64,000 bases of DNA from Anaerolineae bacterium (lineage in GTDB: Bacteria > Chloroflexota > Anaerolineae > S140-20), in the NCBI GenBank assembly GCA_027021705.1, contig JALUTT010000077.1:32001-96000 (forward strand), given 5' to 3'. The position numbers and the translations under genes were made by a program. The notes under the pieces are model-generated. The model searched no databases. It was given only the letters and a program-made list of their open reading frames with translations, and was not told where the DNA came from. Positions within the stretch are counted from its first letter, which is position 1. Each line of letters starts with the position of its first letter. Shown here in pieces: positions 36,931 to 49,147 of the stretch.

Positions 36931-37479
36931 TCAGGGAGTCTGGACCCGCCGATCCGCGCTTCTGAGGCGGTAGGCGCCCGACTGGAGGCCCAGCAGGAAG
37001 AGCAAGAGCGCCCCCAGAGCGGCGTGGGCGGCCGCGCCGAGGGAGAGGTCCAGACCGGCGGCCAGGGCGTGCGCCGCAATCCAAAGCCCCCGCAAGGTGT
37101 GCCATACCACCACCAGCCCGTGGCGGGCGAGTTGGCGGATCACCTCCGCGTCGGGGGAGAGGGGGAGCGGGAGGAGCCAGCCCTGCAGAAGCGGGGCGAA
37201 GGCGAGCAGGGCCGCCGCTGCCAGCACGACCAACCCCCCGCCCAGCCGACGGCGGGCGTTCTGACGGGCCAGCCGGGCTGCCACCCGGTCGGCGAACCCC
37301 GGCGCCGGCGGAACCAGGGGCGCACGACCGAGCCAGTTCTCGACGGCCTGAAGCGCGGTCCACTCCGCCTGACAGACCGGGCAACGATCCAGGTGGGCTT
37401 CCAATCGGTTCACATCGGACAGCACCAGGGTGCCATCCAGAGCGTCCATCATCAGCAGGCCGGCTTCTTCGCAGTTCAT
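36931..37479 (-). CDS. Zinc-finger (zf-HC2) transmembrane anti-sigma factor
   Basis: MNCEE...HLDRCPVC, PAPGFADRVAARL, TM segments. Confidence 0.88.
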   Translation of the reverse strand: MNCEEAGLLMMDALDGTLVLSDVNRLEAHLDRCPVCQAEWTALQAVENWLGRAPLVPPAPGFADRVAARLARQNARRRLGGGLVVLAAAALLAFAPLLQGWLLPLPLSPDAEVIRQLARHGLVVVWHTLRGLWIAAHALAAGLDLSLGAAAHAALGALLLFLLGLQSGAYRLRSADRRVQTP

Positions 37480-37498
37480 AGGCTCACCTCCTCAGCGC

Positions 37499-38098
37499 TC
37501 AGGCGGGCTCCGAGGCGGGCCGGGGCGCATTGGGCACCAGGCCGGCCTGCTGAGCAGCCCGGGCCAGCATACGCCGGGCCCGGAAGAGCCGGGACTTGAC
37601 GGCGCTGACGGTGCTCTCGGTCATCTGGGCGATCTCCTCATAGGAGAGGTCGTACCAATAGCGGAGCACGATGGCCATCCGGTAGTCGGGGGGCAACGTG
37701 GCCAGCAGGGCCTGGACCTGGGCCTCTCGCTCTGCTTGCTCCACCGCCTGCTCCGGGTCGGTCTCCGGGCCGGCCTCCGGCCCGGTCCACCCCGCAGCCT
37801 GGAGGGTCTCCTCTTCCAAGGAGAGCCAGGTGAGCCGGCGGCGTCGCAGCAGGTCAATGCAGTGGTGGGCGGCGATGGCGAGCAGCCAGGCGCTGAACTT
37901 ACGGGTAGGATCGTAGCGGTGGAGCTCGCGGTAGGCCCGCAGAAAGGTCTCCTGAGCCGCCTCCTCGGCCTCCATCGGATCGCCCAACATCCGGTAGGCC
38001 AGGTTGTAGACGGGGACCTGATAGGTTTCCACCAGTTGGGTGAAGGCAGCCTGATCCCCCTGCCGCGCCCGTTCGATCCAGTCCCGCTCCGTATCCAC
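37499..38098 (-). CDS. ECF sigma-70 factor (SigW-like)
   Basis: GDQAAFTQLV, FSAWLLAIA..CIDLLRR, LSYEEIA..VKSRLFRAR; GTG start inferred. Confidence 0.92.
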   Translation of the reverse strand: MDTERDWIERARQGDQAAFTQLVETYQVPVYNLAYRMLGDPMEAEEAAQETFLRAYRELHRYDPTRKFSAWLLAIAAHHCIDLLRRRRLTWLSLEEETLQAAGWTGPEAGPETDPEQAVEQAEREAQVQALLATLPPDYRMAIVLRYWYDLSYEEIAQMTESTVSAVKSRLFRARRMLARAAQQAGLVPNAPRPASEPA

Positions 38099-38176
38099 GC
38101 CATTCCGCTCCCCGCTGAACCTGATCGGTGGCAAGCCAGCCCCACGATGGGGGTGGGGCGTCGGCGTCCATAGGGC

Positions 38177-38204
38177 TATACGCACCGGGGGCTGGAAAGT
38201 TGCA
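38177..38204 (-). promoter_or_regulatory. ECF (SigW-type) autoregulatory promoter
   Basis: Minus strand TGCAAC-N16-CGTATA, against the SigW consensus TGAAAC-N16-CGTA. Confidence 0.7.
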
Positions 38205-38318
38205 CGTCTCGATTGTATCACAGCCGGGAGTGGACGGCAACCTTTAGTTGCCATAGAGGTCTCCTCGTTGTACAATTCTCTACGTCCATATCCACCCCCC
38301 GGAAAGTGAGGTCAGGGC

Positions 38319-40673
38319 TTGAGCGACTCCCCCTCAATCCCTCTGTACGAAATCGAGCGGGCGCGGCGCGAAGCGCTGGAGATGCTTCAGGCGGCGGCTG
38401 CCGACCTCACGGCGGAGCTGGACCTGGAAGTGTTGTTGGATCGGCTGGCCGAGCGGGCTGCTGCCCTATTCAACGTACCGACCATCAGCGTGATGCTGTG
38501 GGAACCCGAGGAAGATATGGCGACCATCTACGCCTCCCGGGGGCTCTCACCTGCCTACGTGGCGGGCCAACGGATCCCCCGAAGGGAGGCAGAGCAGGTC
38601 TTGGAGACGGCCGACTGGCGTCCCTTCGTCCTCGACCTTCGTGCTAATCCCTTGGGCGACCGGGACCTTATCCTCAAGGAAGACCTCTACAACGTCCTGG
38701 CCGCCCCTTTTGTCTTCCGGGGGCGGTTGCTGGGCTCTCTCAACCTCTATGGCAAGGGAGCACCTCGGGATTTCACTCAGGACGAGATGCGGCTGGCCGG
38801 CATCCTGGCCAACCAAATGGCCGTCGCCATCGAGAACGCCCGTCTCTTCCAGGAAACCCGCCGGCGGGCCGACGAGATGGCTGCCCTGCTGGAGGTGGAT
38901 CGCCAGATCTCGTCTACCCTCAATCTGCCTCGCCTCCTGGAACTGATCGCCAGCCAGGCCCAACGGGTTCTCCAGGCGGATCACAGCGATCTCTACCTGC
39001 TGGAGGAGGATGGCAAGACGCTCCAGGCCGTGGTCTCCATCGGTGATTACGCCCTCGATGTGATGGCCACGCCCCTGCAGGTGGGCCGGGGGATTGTGGG
39101 GCTGGTGGCTCAGACAGGCCGGGCGGAGATCGTCAATCGGGTGGACCTGGACCCCCGGGCAATGCGGCTGCCCAACATCCCCGATCGTCCCCAGGCTCTC
39201 CTGTGCGCACCGCTGATCTCCCGAGGCAAGGTCATCGGGGTGCTCGCCCTCAGCCGGATGGGGGGGCGAGAGTTCGTCCAGGCCGATCTGAACTTCCTGG
39301 TCGGCCTGGCCCGGCAGGCGACCATCGCCATGGAAAATGCACGGCTCTTCCAGGCCGCCCAGCAGCGGGCGGAGGCCCTGGCTCGCCGGACCGAGGCCCT
39401 GATCCAGTTGGTCGAGTTCTCCCGTACCTTGGCCACCAGCCTGGAGATGGAGACGATCCTGAACCACCTGGTCAGGAGGATGGGCAACCATTTCGAGGCG
39501 GCAGTCACCACGGTGGCCCTGACAACCGAAGGGGAGGGAGACCCCGCCTTTCGGATCGTGACCGTCTACGACCGGACGGGGCGGCTCTCCCAAGAGAGGT
39601 GGGTGATCCCCGCATCTCGCTCACCGGCGCTGGCCCGCGTGATCCGGGAACGCTGTCCGCTCTTCATCGGCGATCTGGCTCCGACCTCGTTGACCGAGCT
39701 CTTCCTCGAAGAGGAGCGGGAGGCGATCGCCCACCTACAGGTCCACGCTGTGCTTATCCTGCCCCTCCTCTGCCAGGAAGAGGCGATCGGCGCGGTCAGC
39801 CTGTGGATGCAGCGGATCATCCGCCGTCTCCCCGACGGGGAGCTGGACTGGGCGAAGGCCGTCGCCGACCAGGCTGCCCTGGCCCTCCAGAACGCCCGCC
39901 TGTACGCCGAATCCCGGCAGCAGGCCCGGGAGATGGCCGCCGCCCTGGAACGTCAACAGGAGCTGGACCGCCTGCAACGCCAGTTCATCCAGAACGTCTC
40001 CCACGAACTGCGCACCCCACTGGCCCTGGTCCAGGGGTACGTGGAGTTGCTCCACGCCGGTGACCTGGGTCCTCTCGACCCCGTGCAGCACCAAACCCTC
40101 TCCATCGTCGTGGATAAGGTCAAAGTGCTGGCTCGACTGGTCGAGTCCATCACGGCGCTGCAGGAGATCGAGAGCGGCCCTCTGACGCTCCACCCGCTCT
40201 CGCTGACCGAGGTGGCCCAGACGGCCCTCAAAGGCGTCCAGCAGACGGCCTACCGGGCGGGCGTGGAGCTGGTGCTGGAAGTGGAGGACCAACTGCCTCT
40301 GGTGTACGGGGACAGGGCCCGGCTGGGGCTGGTCTTTCACCATCTGCTGGAGAACGCCATCAAGTTCAGCCCCGACGGCGGGCGGGTGACGCTACGGCTG
40401 GGTGCCGATTCCCAGATGGCCCGGATCGAGGTTTCGGATCAAGGGGTGGGCATCCCCTCCGATCAACAGGAGCGCATCTTCGATCGCTTTTACCAGGTGG
40501 ATGGCTCCGCCACCCGCCGTTTCGGAGGGGCGGGGCTGGGATTGGCTGTGGTCAAGGAGATCGTCTTGGCCCACGGGGGCCGTGTAGGGGTGGAGAGCCG
40601 AGCGGGCCGGGGCAGTACCTTTACCGTAGAGCTGCCGTTGGCCCCCTTGCAGGATGCGGACACCGAGGGCTGA
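38319..40673 (+). CDS. Three-GAF sensor histidine kinase
   Basis: GAF repeats, VSHELRTPL, NAIKF, GAGLGL. Confidence 0.92.
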   Translation: MSDSPSIPLYEIERARREALEMLQAAAADLTAELDLEVLLDRLAERAAALFNVPTISVMLWEPEEDMATIYASRGLSPAYVAGQRIPRREAEQVLETADWRPFVLDLRANPLGDRDLILKEDLYNVLAAPFVFRGRLLGSLNLYGKGAPRDFTQDEMRLAGILANQMAVAIENARLFQETRRRADEMAALLEVDRQISSTLNLPRLLELIASQAQRVLQADHSDLYLLEEDGKTLQAVVSIGDYALDVMATPLQVGRGIVGLVAQTGRAEIVNRVDLDPRAMRLPNIPDRPQALLCAPLISRGKVIGVLALSRMGGREFVQADLNFLVGLARQATIAMENARLFQAAQQRAEALARRTEALIQLVEFSRTLATSLEMETILNHLVRRMGNHFEAAVTTVALTTEGEGDPAFRIVTVYDRTGRLSQERWVIPASRSPALARVIRERCPLFIGDLAPTSLTELFLEEEREAIAHLQVHAVLILPLLCQEEAIGAVSLWMQRIIRRLPDGELDWAKAVADQAALALQNARLYAESRQQAREMAAALERQQELDRLQRQFIQNVSHELRTPLALVQGYVELLHAGDLGPLDPVQHQTLSIVVDKVKVLARLVESITALQEIESGPLTLHPLSLTEVAQTALKGVQQTAYRAGVELVLEVEDQLPLVYGDRARLGLVFHHLLENAIKFSPDGGRVTLRLGADSQMARIEVSDQGVGIPSDQQERIFDRFYQVDGSATRRFGGAGLGLAVVKEIVLAHGGRVGVESRAGRGSTFTVELPLAPLQDADTEG

Positions 40674-40674
40674 G

Positions 40675-42513
40675 ATGAACACATACATCTTCACGCCTCC
40701 GGCGCTCCTGATGGCCGCTCTCTCCGGCCTGATGGGTGGTCTGGCCTTCTACGCCTTCCGTCGCCGCCAGGAGCAACCCGGCATCCTCTACTTCGTGGGT
40801 CTGATGGCGGCCCTGGCGTGGTGGATGGGTGGGCTCTCCCTGGAGGTTTCCAGCCTTTCCCCCAAGACCGCTCTCTTCTGGGCCAGAGCCGAGTACCTGG
40901 GGATCAGCTTCATCGGACCGCTCTGGTTTCTCTTCGCCCTCCAGTACGCCGAGCACCACCGGCCCCTTCCCCGCTGGCTTGTTCTGCTCGTCTTGGGCTC
41001 CGGTCTCCTCAGTCTGTTGGGGGCGTGGACGAACGACTGGCACCGCCTCTGGTGGATCGAGGTCCGGTTCAACCGCGACGTCGGTCCGCTGTTGGTGATG
41101 GACGCCCGCTACGGTCCTCTCTTCTGGGCTCACGCGGTGATCGCGTACGGCTACGTCCTCGCCGGCGACCTGATCTACTTGGCCGCTTTCCTGCGGGCAG
41201 GCCCCCTTTATCGCTACCAGGCCAGCCTGATCCTCGTCGCCGCTTTCATCCCCCTCCTGGCCAACATCGCCTACGTCCTCCGTTGGATCAACGGCATCCC
41301 GGCCCTGCTCCTGACAGCCTTCAGCTTTGCTCTGATGGGGGGGATGATGCTTTACGGGCTGCTCCGCTATCGCCTGCTGGAGGTCCTGCCCATCGCCCGC
41401 TGGGCGGTGGTAGACCACCTGCCCGACGGTATCCTGGTGGTGGACCCGGCTTCCCGGATCGTGGACCTGAATCCGGCGGCGCGACGGTTGGGCGGGATGG
41501 TCCGGCGAGAGCCCCTGGGACAGCCGCTGGAGCAGGCCATCCAGCCCCCCTCTCTGGCCCAGGCGCTGGCGGAGGCCTGCCGGAGAGCTGCGACCCAGCC
41601 CGTGGAAGGGGAGGTCCGGTTGGAGCGTTCGACGGGTCTACAGGTTCTCCAATACACTGCCCACCCCTTCTGTGATCGCCGGGGACGCCTGCTGGGCCGC
41701 ATCTTGATCCTGCGGGACATCACCGCCCGGGTGCAGGCGGAGGATGCGCTGCGCCAGCGCAGCGAGGAGTTGGATGCCTTCGCCCGCACCATCGCCCACG
41801 ATCTGAAGGCTCCCCTGGCCACCGTGCGGGGGTACGTGGGGGTCCTGATCGAGGACTATGGCTCTCGGCTGGACGAGGAGGGGCGTCGCCTCCTGGCCCG
41901 GGTCGAGGAGGGGGCGAACCGGATGGCCCGGATGATCGAGGACCTGCTGCTCTTGGCCCGTGCCGCCCGGGTTGAGGGGCCGATGGAGCCGGTGGACGTG
42001 GGTGAGGCGATCTACACCGCCCTCCTTGGCCTGGAGCGGGCCATTGCAGAGCGCCGTATCCTCCTGACCATTGCGCCGGAACTCCCCACCGCGCTGGGCC
42101 ATCCCGCCTGGGTGGAGCAGGTCTTCTCCAACCTTCTGGACAATGCCATCAAGTACATCGGCGAGGAGAACCCGGCCCCCCGCGTGGAGGTGGGCGGCGA
42201 GCTGGTCGTCACCCAATCAGCCGAGGGGGAGGTTCGGGAGGCCCGCTTCTGGATCCGGGATAATGGCATCGGGATCGCCCCGGAGGATCAGGAGCGCATC
42301 TTCCAGCCCTTCACCCGCCTGCTGCACAACCACCGGGGGGGCGTCGGGTTGGGCCTGGCCATCGTTCGCCGGGCTGTGGCTCAGATGGGGGGACGGGTCT
42401 GGGTGGAGAGCGAGGTAGGGCAGGGGAGCACCTTCTACGTCGCGCTACCGACGGTCTCCTCGTACCGCGAGGGATGCGGGAACGAGGATCGGTCCCACGA
42501 CGGGACCGCCTGA
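40675..42513 (+). CDS. HisKA_7TM-PAS histidine kinase
   Basis: 7TM N-terminus with TNDWHRLWW, PAS-like domain, AHDLKAPL, DNGIGI. Confidence 0.9.
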   Translation: MNTYIFTPPALLMAALSGLMGGLAFYAFRRRQEQPGILYFVGLMAALAWWMGGLSLEVSSLSPKTALFWARAEYLGISFIGPLWFLFALQYAEHHRPLPRWLVLLVLGSGLLSLLGAWTNDWHRLWWIEVRFNRDVGPLLVMDARYGPLFWAHAVIAYGYVLAGDLIYLAAFLRAGPLYRYQASLILVAAFIPLLANIAYVLRWINGIPALLLTAFSFALMGGMMLYGLLRYRLLEVLPIARWAVVDHLPDGILVVDPASRIVDLNPAARRLGGMVRREPLGQPLEQAIQPPSLAQALAEACRRAATQPVEGEVRLERSTGLQVLQYTAHPFCDRRGRLLGRILILRDITARVQAEDALRQRSEELDAFARTIAHDLKAPLATVRGYVGVLIEDYGSRLDEEGRRLLARVEEGANRMARMIEDLLLLARAARVEGPMEPVDVGEAIYTALLGLERAIAERRILLTIAPELPTALGHPAWVEQVFSNLLDNAIKYIGEENPAPRVEVGGELVVTQSAEGEVREARFWIRDNGIGIAPEDQERIFQPFTRLLHNHRGGVGLGLAIVRRAVAQMGGRVWVESEVGQGSTFYVALPTVSSYREGCGNEDRSHDGTA

Positions 42514-42533
42514 GAATGTGGAGGAGGAGCAGA

Positions 42534-43514
42534 ATGGAGTACGTCAACCTTGGCCGCAGCGGCCTCAAGGTCTCCCGCATCTGTCTGGGAACGCTGAGCT
42601 ATGGCACGCCGGCGTGGCGGGATTGGGTCCTGCCGGAAGAGGAGAGCCGCCCTTTCATCAAGCGAGCCTTGGAACTGGGAATCAACTTCTTCGACACCGC
42701 CGATATGTACTCCCAGGGTGTGAGCGAGGAGATCCTGGGCCGGGCGCTGCGGGATTTCGCCCGGCGGGAGGAGGTGGTCATCGCCACCAAGGTCTACTTC
42801 CCCACCGGCGAAGGGCCCAACCAGCGCGGCCTCTCCCGCAAGCACATCATGGACGCGGTGGACGCCTCGCTGCGGCGGCTGGGCACCGATTACATTGACC
42901 TCTACCAGATCCACCGCTGGGATTACGAAACGCCCATCGAGGAGACGCTGGAGACCCTGCACGACCTGGTCAGGATGGGCAAGGTGCGCTACATCGGGGC
43001 CTCCAGCATGTACGCCTGGCAGTTCGCCAAGGCTCTCTACCTGGCCGATATGCACGGCTGGACCCGCTTCGTCTCGATGCAGAACCACTACAACCTGGTC
43101 TACCGGGAGGAGGAGCGGGAGATGCTGCCCCTCTGCCGGGCGGAAGGGGTGGGCGTCATCCCCTGGAGCCCTCTGGCCCGGGGCTTCCTGGCCGGTAACC
43201 GTTCCAAGCAGGGCGGTGGCGAGACGAAACGGGCGCGGAGCGACGAGTTCGCCCATCGGATGTACTATCAGGAGGCCGACTTCCGGGTGGTGGATCGGGT
43301 GGTGGAACTCGCCCGACGTCGAGGGGTCACGCCGGCCCAGATCGCCCTGGCCTGGCTGCTCCACCAGCCGGGTGTCACCGCGCCCATCGTCGGGGCGACC
43401 AAGATCTCCCACCTGGAGCAGGCGGTCGCCGCCCTGGAGATTCGGCTCTCCCCGGAGGAGTGCGCCTACCTAGAGGAGCCTTATCAACCCCATCCGGTGT
43501 TGGGGCATGAGTGA
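42534..43514 (+). CDS. Aldo/keto reductase
   Basis: LGRSGLKVSRICLG, FDTADMYS, IATKV, DLYQIH. Confidence 0.94.
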   Translation: MEYVNLGRSGLKVSRICLGTLSYGTPAWRDWVLPEEESRPFIKRALELGINFFDTADMYSQGVSEEILGRALRDFARREEVVIATKVYFPTGEGPNQRGLSRKHIMDAVDASLRRLGTDYIDLYQIHRWDYETPIEETLETLHDLVRMGKVRYIGASSMYAWQFAKALYLADMHGWTRFVSMQNHYNLVYREEEREMLPLCRAEGVGVIPWSPLARGFLAGNRSKQGGGETKRARSDEFAHRMYYQEADFRVVDRVVELARRRGVTPAQIALAWLLHQPGVTAPIVGATKISHLEQAVAALEIRLSPEECAYLEEPYQPHPVLGHE

Positions 43515-43572
43515 CAGCCTGGTGCGTGTGTGGTATAATCCGGTCTGCCTGTGCCCTGTACGACCGATCTGA

Positions 43573-45102
<1,530 letters not shown>

Positions 45103-45107
45103 TTGGT

Positions 45108-45257
45108 CGGTGATCATTGGGGGTAGGGAGATGAGCCGTCCACGAATGGGGCGCGAATACACGAATGAAAACGGAACTGCCCCATTCGTGCATTCGTGAG
45201 AGATTCGTGGACGGCCTGCTACGGACTACCCTCTCGCTCACTCGTGGGCAATCGCCA
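45108..45257 (+). mobile_element. Repeat family B, degenerate copy
   Basis: Same internal gccgtccacgaat...attcgtggacggc core with eroded ends. Confidence 0.7.
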
Positions 45258-45415
45258 ATGATTTACGCTTGAAATCTGGCCCCTTTTGTGGTATAGTGGC
45301 ACTGTGCTTGGCCGGGTGCTCCAACCGACGGCTCGTCTGTCGGAGGTGGGGGGGCCTGGAGATGGGCTATTGCAGCGACGACGGTGCTCGGTCCAATAGA
45401 CGAGGATAGAGGGCG

Positions 45416-47359
45416 ATGACGAAGAAGACGGCAGGTCTGATCCTCTTCCTGATGGCCTTGGCTGGCCTGCTCCTGCTCGCCGGGCAGGCTGCTGAAGCGG
45501 GTCCCCGGATCCACCCCCCTCCCCGTCCCCTGTTTCAGGTCAACGAGACAGAGCCCAACGACTCTTTCAGCGACGCCGATAATGTGGGGGATTTCACACC
45601 GGGCCAGATTATCAGCGGGACGCTGAACCCGGCGGGTGAGGACGATTTCTTCCGCTTCGCCGTCACCCCGGGCCGTCAGTACCGGGCCGAACTCCGTCCT
45701 CTGACCGTCTCCAAGCTGGAGATGGAGATATACTTTTCCAGCCAGGCCCTGTCTGACAGTACAGGTCCCTCTGGTAGTACGATGGAGATCTTCTGGACGG
45801 CATCGGATTCCCTCTACTACATCCGGGTTTTTAACGATGGCTCCAGCAGTGGCACCTACCGCCTCTTCGTCTCCGAGGTGGGGACGACGCCCACCCCGAC
45901 GAACACCCCCACGCCCTCTCCCACCCCGACCCCCACACCGACCGACGCCTGGGATGCCTACGAGCCCAACAACGGGCTGGACCTGGCGGATCCCGATCCC
46001 AACAAGCGTCCTAGGGATGTCTCCCTGGGTCAGACGCTGGAGAACCTCAACTTCTGGCCCTTCGGGGCCAAGACGGAGGCTGAGGCCAACGATCCGGCCC
46101 GCCGGGATGTAGACGTCTTCCGCATCTGGTGCAAGCCGGGCCACCGCTGCCGGGCAGCCACCGAGGTCACCTCCGGTGTAGACACCCGCATCCGCATCTA
46201 CGCCGACACGGCCATCACCGTCACCGATCCCATCGTCGCCGAGAACGATGACCGGGCTCCCAACGACCTGGGCTCCGATGTGACCTGGACCTCCAGTGGC
46301 AGCGGTTTTTACAAGGTTTACGTGGAGAACCTGGATGGTTCCCCCCGCACGATGACGGGCCAGACCTACAAGCTGGTGCTGGAGGACGTGTCACCCACGG
46401 CTACGCCAACGCCGACCCAGACACCGACACCGAGCCCCGGCCCTTCGGCCACGCCCACCTCCGGCCCCACGGCCAACCCTTACGTGGACGACTACGAGCC
46501 CAACTACGACTTTGACCACGCGGCCGTCATCGGCCTGGGAGAACGGATCACCGGCCTGAACTTCGCGCCCTGGGGTGGGGCGACCGAGGACAATGACTTC
46601 TACAAAGTCTGGGTAAAGCCGGGACTCCTCTATGTCTGCGAGACCTTTATGAAAAGTCCGGGGACGGACACCAATATGATCCTTTACGACGCCAACCGTA
46701 ACGGCATCGCCGGCAACGACGACAAGGCCCCGGGCGACTACGGCAGCAAGGTCTCCTACTTCTCCACCTACCAGGGCTACCTCTACATCCTGATCGGCCA
46801 GGTGGGCGGTGTCCGGCCCGAGGAAGGGAAGGACCGGGTCTACGACCTGGAGTGCCGCATTGTTGTGCCGGGAACGCCGACGCCGACGCCGACATCCCGG
46901 GTCAGACCTTCACCCACGCCTTCGCCGGCCCGGCCCACGGCCACATCCACCCCGGCCCTGCCTCCGACGGCTACCCCTCAGGAGGGCCAGACGCTCTCCC
47001 TCCGCCCACTGATAACCCCCACGCCGCCGCCGGCGACGGCGGGCACCTCCGTCCCGGGCTCCCCTACGCCCTCCCTGCTGACCATCGAGATCCTGCTCTA
47101 CTACGATGGCAACCGGGATGGGAAGCCCGACACGGGGGAGGGGATCACCTCCATCCCCGTCTACGCCTACGATGCGACGACCAACGAGCGGCTGGCCCGG
47201 GGGTACACCGATGCGTCCGGCTACCTACGCTTCACCGTGCCGGCCTCAGAGGCCGTGCGGATCAGCATCCCCTTCTTTAGCTTCAGCCAGATTGTGGCTG
47301 CCGATGCCAGCATCGAAGTGCGCATCGCGCCACCACCACCGCCAGGGGGAAGTCCCTGA
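45416..47359 (+). CDS. Secreted surface protein with PPC-like modules and Thr/Pro linkers
   Basis: Signal peptide, ETEPND/DAYEPNN/DDYEPNY modules, TPTP linkers, YYDGNRDG SdrD-B-like end. Confidence 0.7.
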   Translation: MTKKTAGLILFLMALAGLLLLAGQAAEAGPRIHPPPRPLFQVNETEPNDSFSDADNVGDFTPGQIISGTLNPAGEDDFFRFAVTPGRQYRAELRPLTVSKLEMEIYFSSQALSDSTGPSGSTMEIFWTASDSLYYIRVFNDGSSSGTYRLFVSEVGTTPTPTNTPTPSPTPTPTPTDAWDAYEPNNGLDLADPDPNKRPRDVSLGQTLENLNFWPFGAKTEAEANDPARRDVDVFRIWCKPGHRCRAATEVTSGVDTRIRIYADTAITVTDPIVAENDDRAPNDLGSDVTWTSSGSGFYKVYVENLDGSPRTMTGQTYKLVLEDVSPTATPTPTQTPTPSPGPSATPTSGPTANPYVDDYEPNYDFDHAAVIGLGERITGLNFAPWGGATEDNDFYKVWVKPGLLYVCETFMKSPGTDTNMILYDANRNGIAGNDDKAPGDYGSKVSYFSTYQGYLYILIGQVGGVRPEEGKDRVYDLECRIVVPGTPTPTPTSRVRPSPTPSPARPTATSTPALPPTATPQEGQTLSLRPLITPTPPPATAGTSVPGSPTPSLLTIEILLYYDGNRDGKPDTGEGITSIPVYAYDATTNERLARGYTDASGYLRFTVPASEAVRISIPFFSFSQIVAADASIEVRIAPPPPPGGSP

Positions 47360-48888
47360 TGAGTTCAAAGCCATCGCCTTCCCATCCCTCTGAGTCGCTT
47401 CCGGGATCCGGCCCCACGACCCCACCTCCCCGACGCCCCACACCGTCGGGCCGACCGCCCAAGAAACCACCTCAGAGACGAAGTCCTGCCGCCATTCTAG
47501 GGACCGGAGAGCGGCGCGCGAAGCTGCTGCTGTTGGGCGGGATCGTTGCTCTGCTGCTCCTCACCCTGTTGGTCTGCTGGGCAGGCTGGCGCTTAACCCG
47601 TCGCCTGCGGGGGGAGGAGCTTCCGCCTACCTTGGTCCCCATCGCCAGCCCCCGTCCGACATCCACCCCGGCCTTCCAGGAGGTCCCCGAACCCCTGGCC
47701 TCGCCGATGGTCGTCCCGCTGGTGAGCAGCCAGGATGTGCGGACCGCCCCCGCCATCCCGATGACCCTGCGCGTGAACGGGCGCGTCTTCCCCATCGAGC
47801 CCGACTACGAGGCTGGGACTGACTGGCCCGCCCCCCCCGCCGTCCCGGAGCAGGCCCGGTGGGCCTCCGGGACCTTGGTCAACTACCTGATCGGCTTAGC
47901 CCCTGACGAGGAGAACCGGGCGTTGCTGGAGGGGCTAGAGGAAGGGAGCGAACTGACGCTGGAGATGAGTACGGGGGTGCGACTGCGCTTCCAGGTTCAG
48001 GAGCCTGCCCGCCCACCCGAGGACGAACGGCTTCTCTTTGCCCAGAACAGGCCGGGCCTGACGCTGGTACTGCTTGCCGAGGAGCCTCAAGAGCGGCTGG
48101 TGGTAACGGCCGGCTATGCCGGCGAAGAGACCTCCCTACCCCCAGAGTTGGTGACGGCCCCGCAAGGAGAGGTGGGTGAGCAGGTCCAGACGACCAGCGT
48201 GCGGGTCAGCGTGTTGGAGACGCGGGTGGTACGGGCGGCTGAGGCTGGTCTACCTCCCGGTAGCGCCTATTACCTGGTGGACTTCTCCGTGGAGAACATC
48301 GGTCGGCAGGTGCTGGATCCCAACTTCTTCCAGATGGAACTGCGGGATGGGGCGGGGAATGTCTACCCCCTCACCCTCTCCGCCAACCAGTTCGCCAACT
48401 ACGGCTTGCCTACGGACCCCTTAAAGCCCGGCGAGACGGTCATCGGATCCGCCGGCTACCTGATCCCTGAACGCCTTCCCACCGAAGAACTGCGCTGGAC
48501 CTTCAACCCGCTGCCGGGATCCAACCAGTGGATCCAGGTCTTGCTCCCCTACGCCACCCCAACTCCGGCGCCCACCTCCCCCCCGGCGGTGGGTTATGCC
48601 GAAGTCTACCTGGATGACGCCTTCCTCTCGAAGGATGGGGAACTGCTCATCGTCGAAGGGGAGGTATACAACCCATCGTCGGCTCCGGTCACGCTGGAGG
48701 CCGAAGCGATCCGGCTCAGTTCCAGTGCCGGAGTGGCCGACCTGGTGAGCACTGCGCCTCTGCTCCCCATCACCATCGCGCCGGGGGACTCCCAGATCAT
48801 CGAGCTTCAGTTCCAACGGCCGGCAGCCGACAGCGCCGTCTTGGAGATCCTGGGCTACGCCTTCGAGATCAGCGGATTGGGGCCATAA
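47359..48888 (+). CDS. Membrane-anchored protein with sortase-like and DUF4352-like domains
   Basis: Single TM; YLVDFSVENIG..LKPGETVIG Ig-like domain; see findings. Confidence 0.65.
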   Translation: MSSKPSPSHPSESLPGSGPTTPPPRRPTPSGRPPKKPPQRRSPAAILGTGERRAKLLLLGGIVALLLLTLLVCWAGWRLTRRLRGEELPPTLVPIASPRPTSTPAFQEVPEPLASPMVVPLVSSQDVRTAPAIPMTLRVNGRVFPIEPDYEAGTDWPAPPAVPEQARWASGTLVNYLIGLAPDEENRALLEGLEEGSELTLEMSTGVRLRFQVQEPARPPEDERLLFAQNRPGLTLVLLAEEPQERLVVTAGYAGEETSLPPELVTAPQGEVGEQVQTTSVRVSVLETRVVRAAEAGLPPGSAYYLVDFSVENIGRQVLDPNFFQMELRDGAGNVYPLTLSANQFANYGLPTDPLKPGETVIGSAGYLIPERLPTEELRWTFNPLPGSNQWIQVLLPYATPTPAPTSPPAVGYAEVYLDDAFLSKDGELLIVEGEVYNPSSAPVTLEAEAIRLSSSAGVADLVSTAPLLPITIAPGDSQIIELQFQRPAADSAVLEILGYAFEISGLGP

Positions 48889-49064
48889 GCCCGTTCGGAT
48901 AGAATAGGCCCATCCCCGGCCTGGGGGGGGAGAGCGGCCATTCCTTTGCTCCCACGCAGGGCGCGGGAGTGGTCTTCTCTGTTCCCAACGCTCCGGCGTG
49001 GGAACAGGCCGGGACCGATGGGGGGGCGGATCAGGCAAGGAGGAGGGGACCTCGATGGAGATTC

Positions 49065-49106
49065 AGGCACGTCAGCAACGATGCTGCTGACGTGCCTCGT
49101 TTTCTT
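49065..49106 (+). terminator. Terminator-like hairpin upstream of cooF
   Basis: aggcacgtcagca/tgctgacgtgcct 13-bp stem followed by cgtttttctt. Confidence 0.6.
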
Positions 49107-49147
49107 GTCATCCCTCGAAGGATCCAGCCAGAAAGGAGGTGAGCTGC

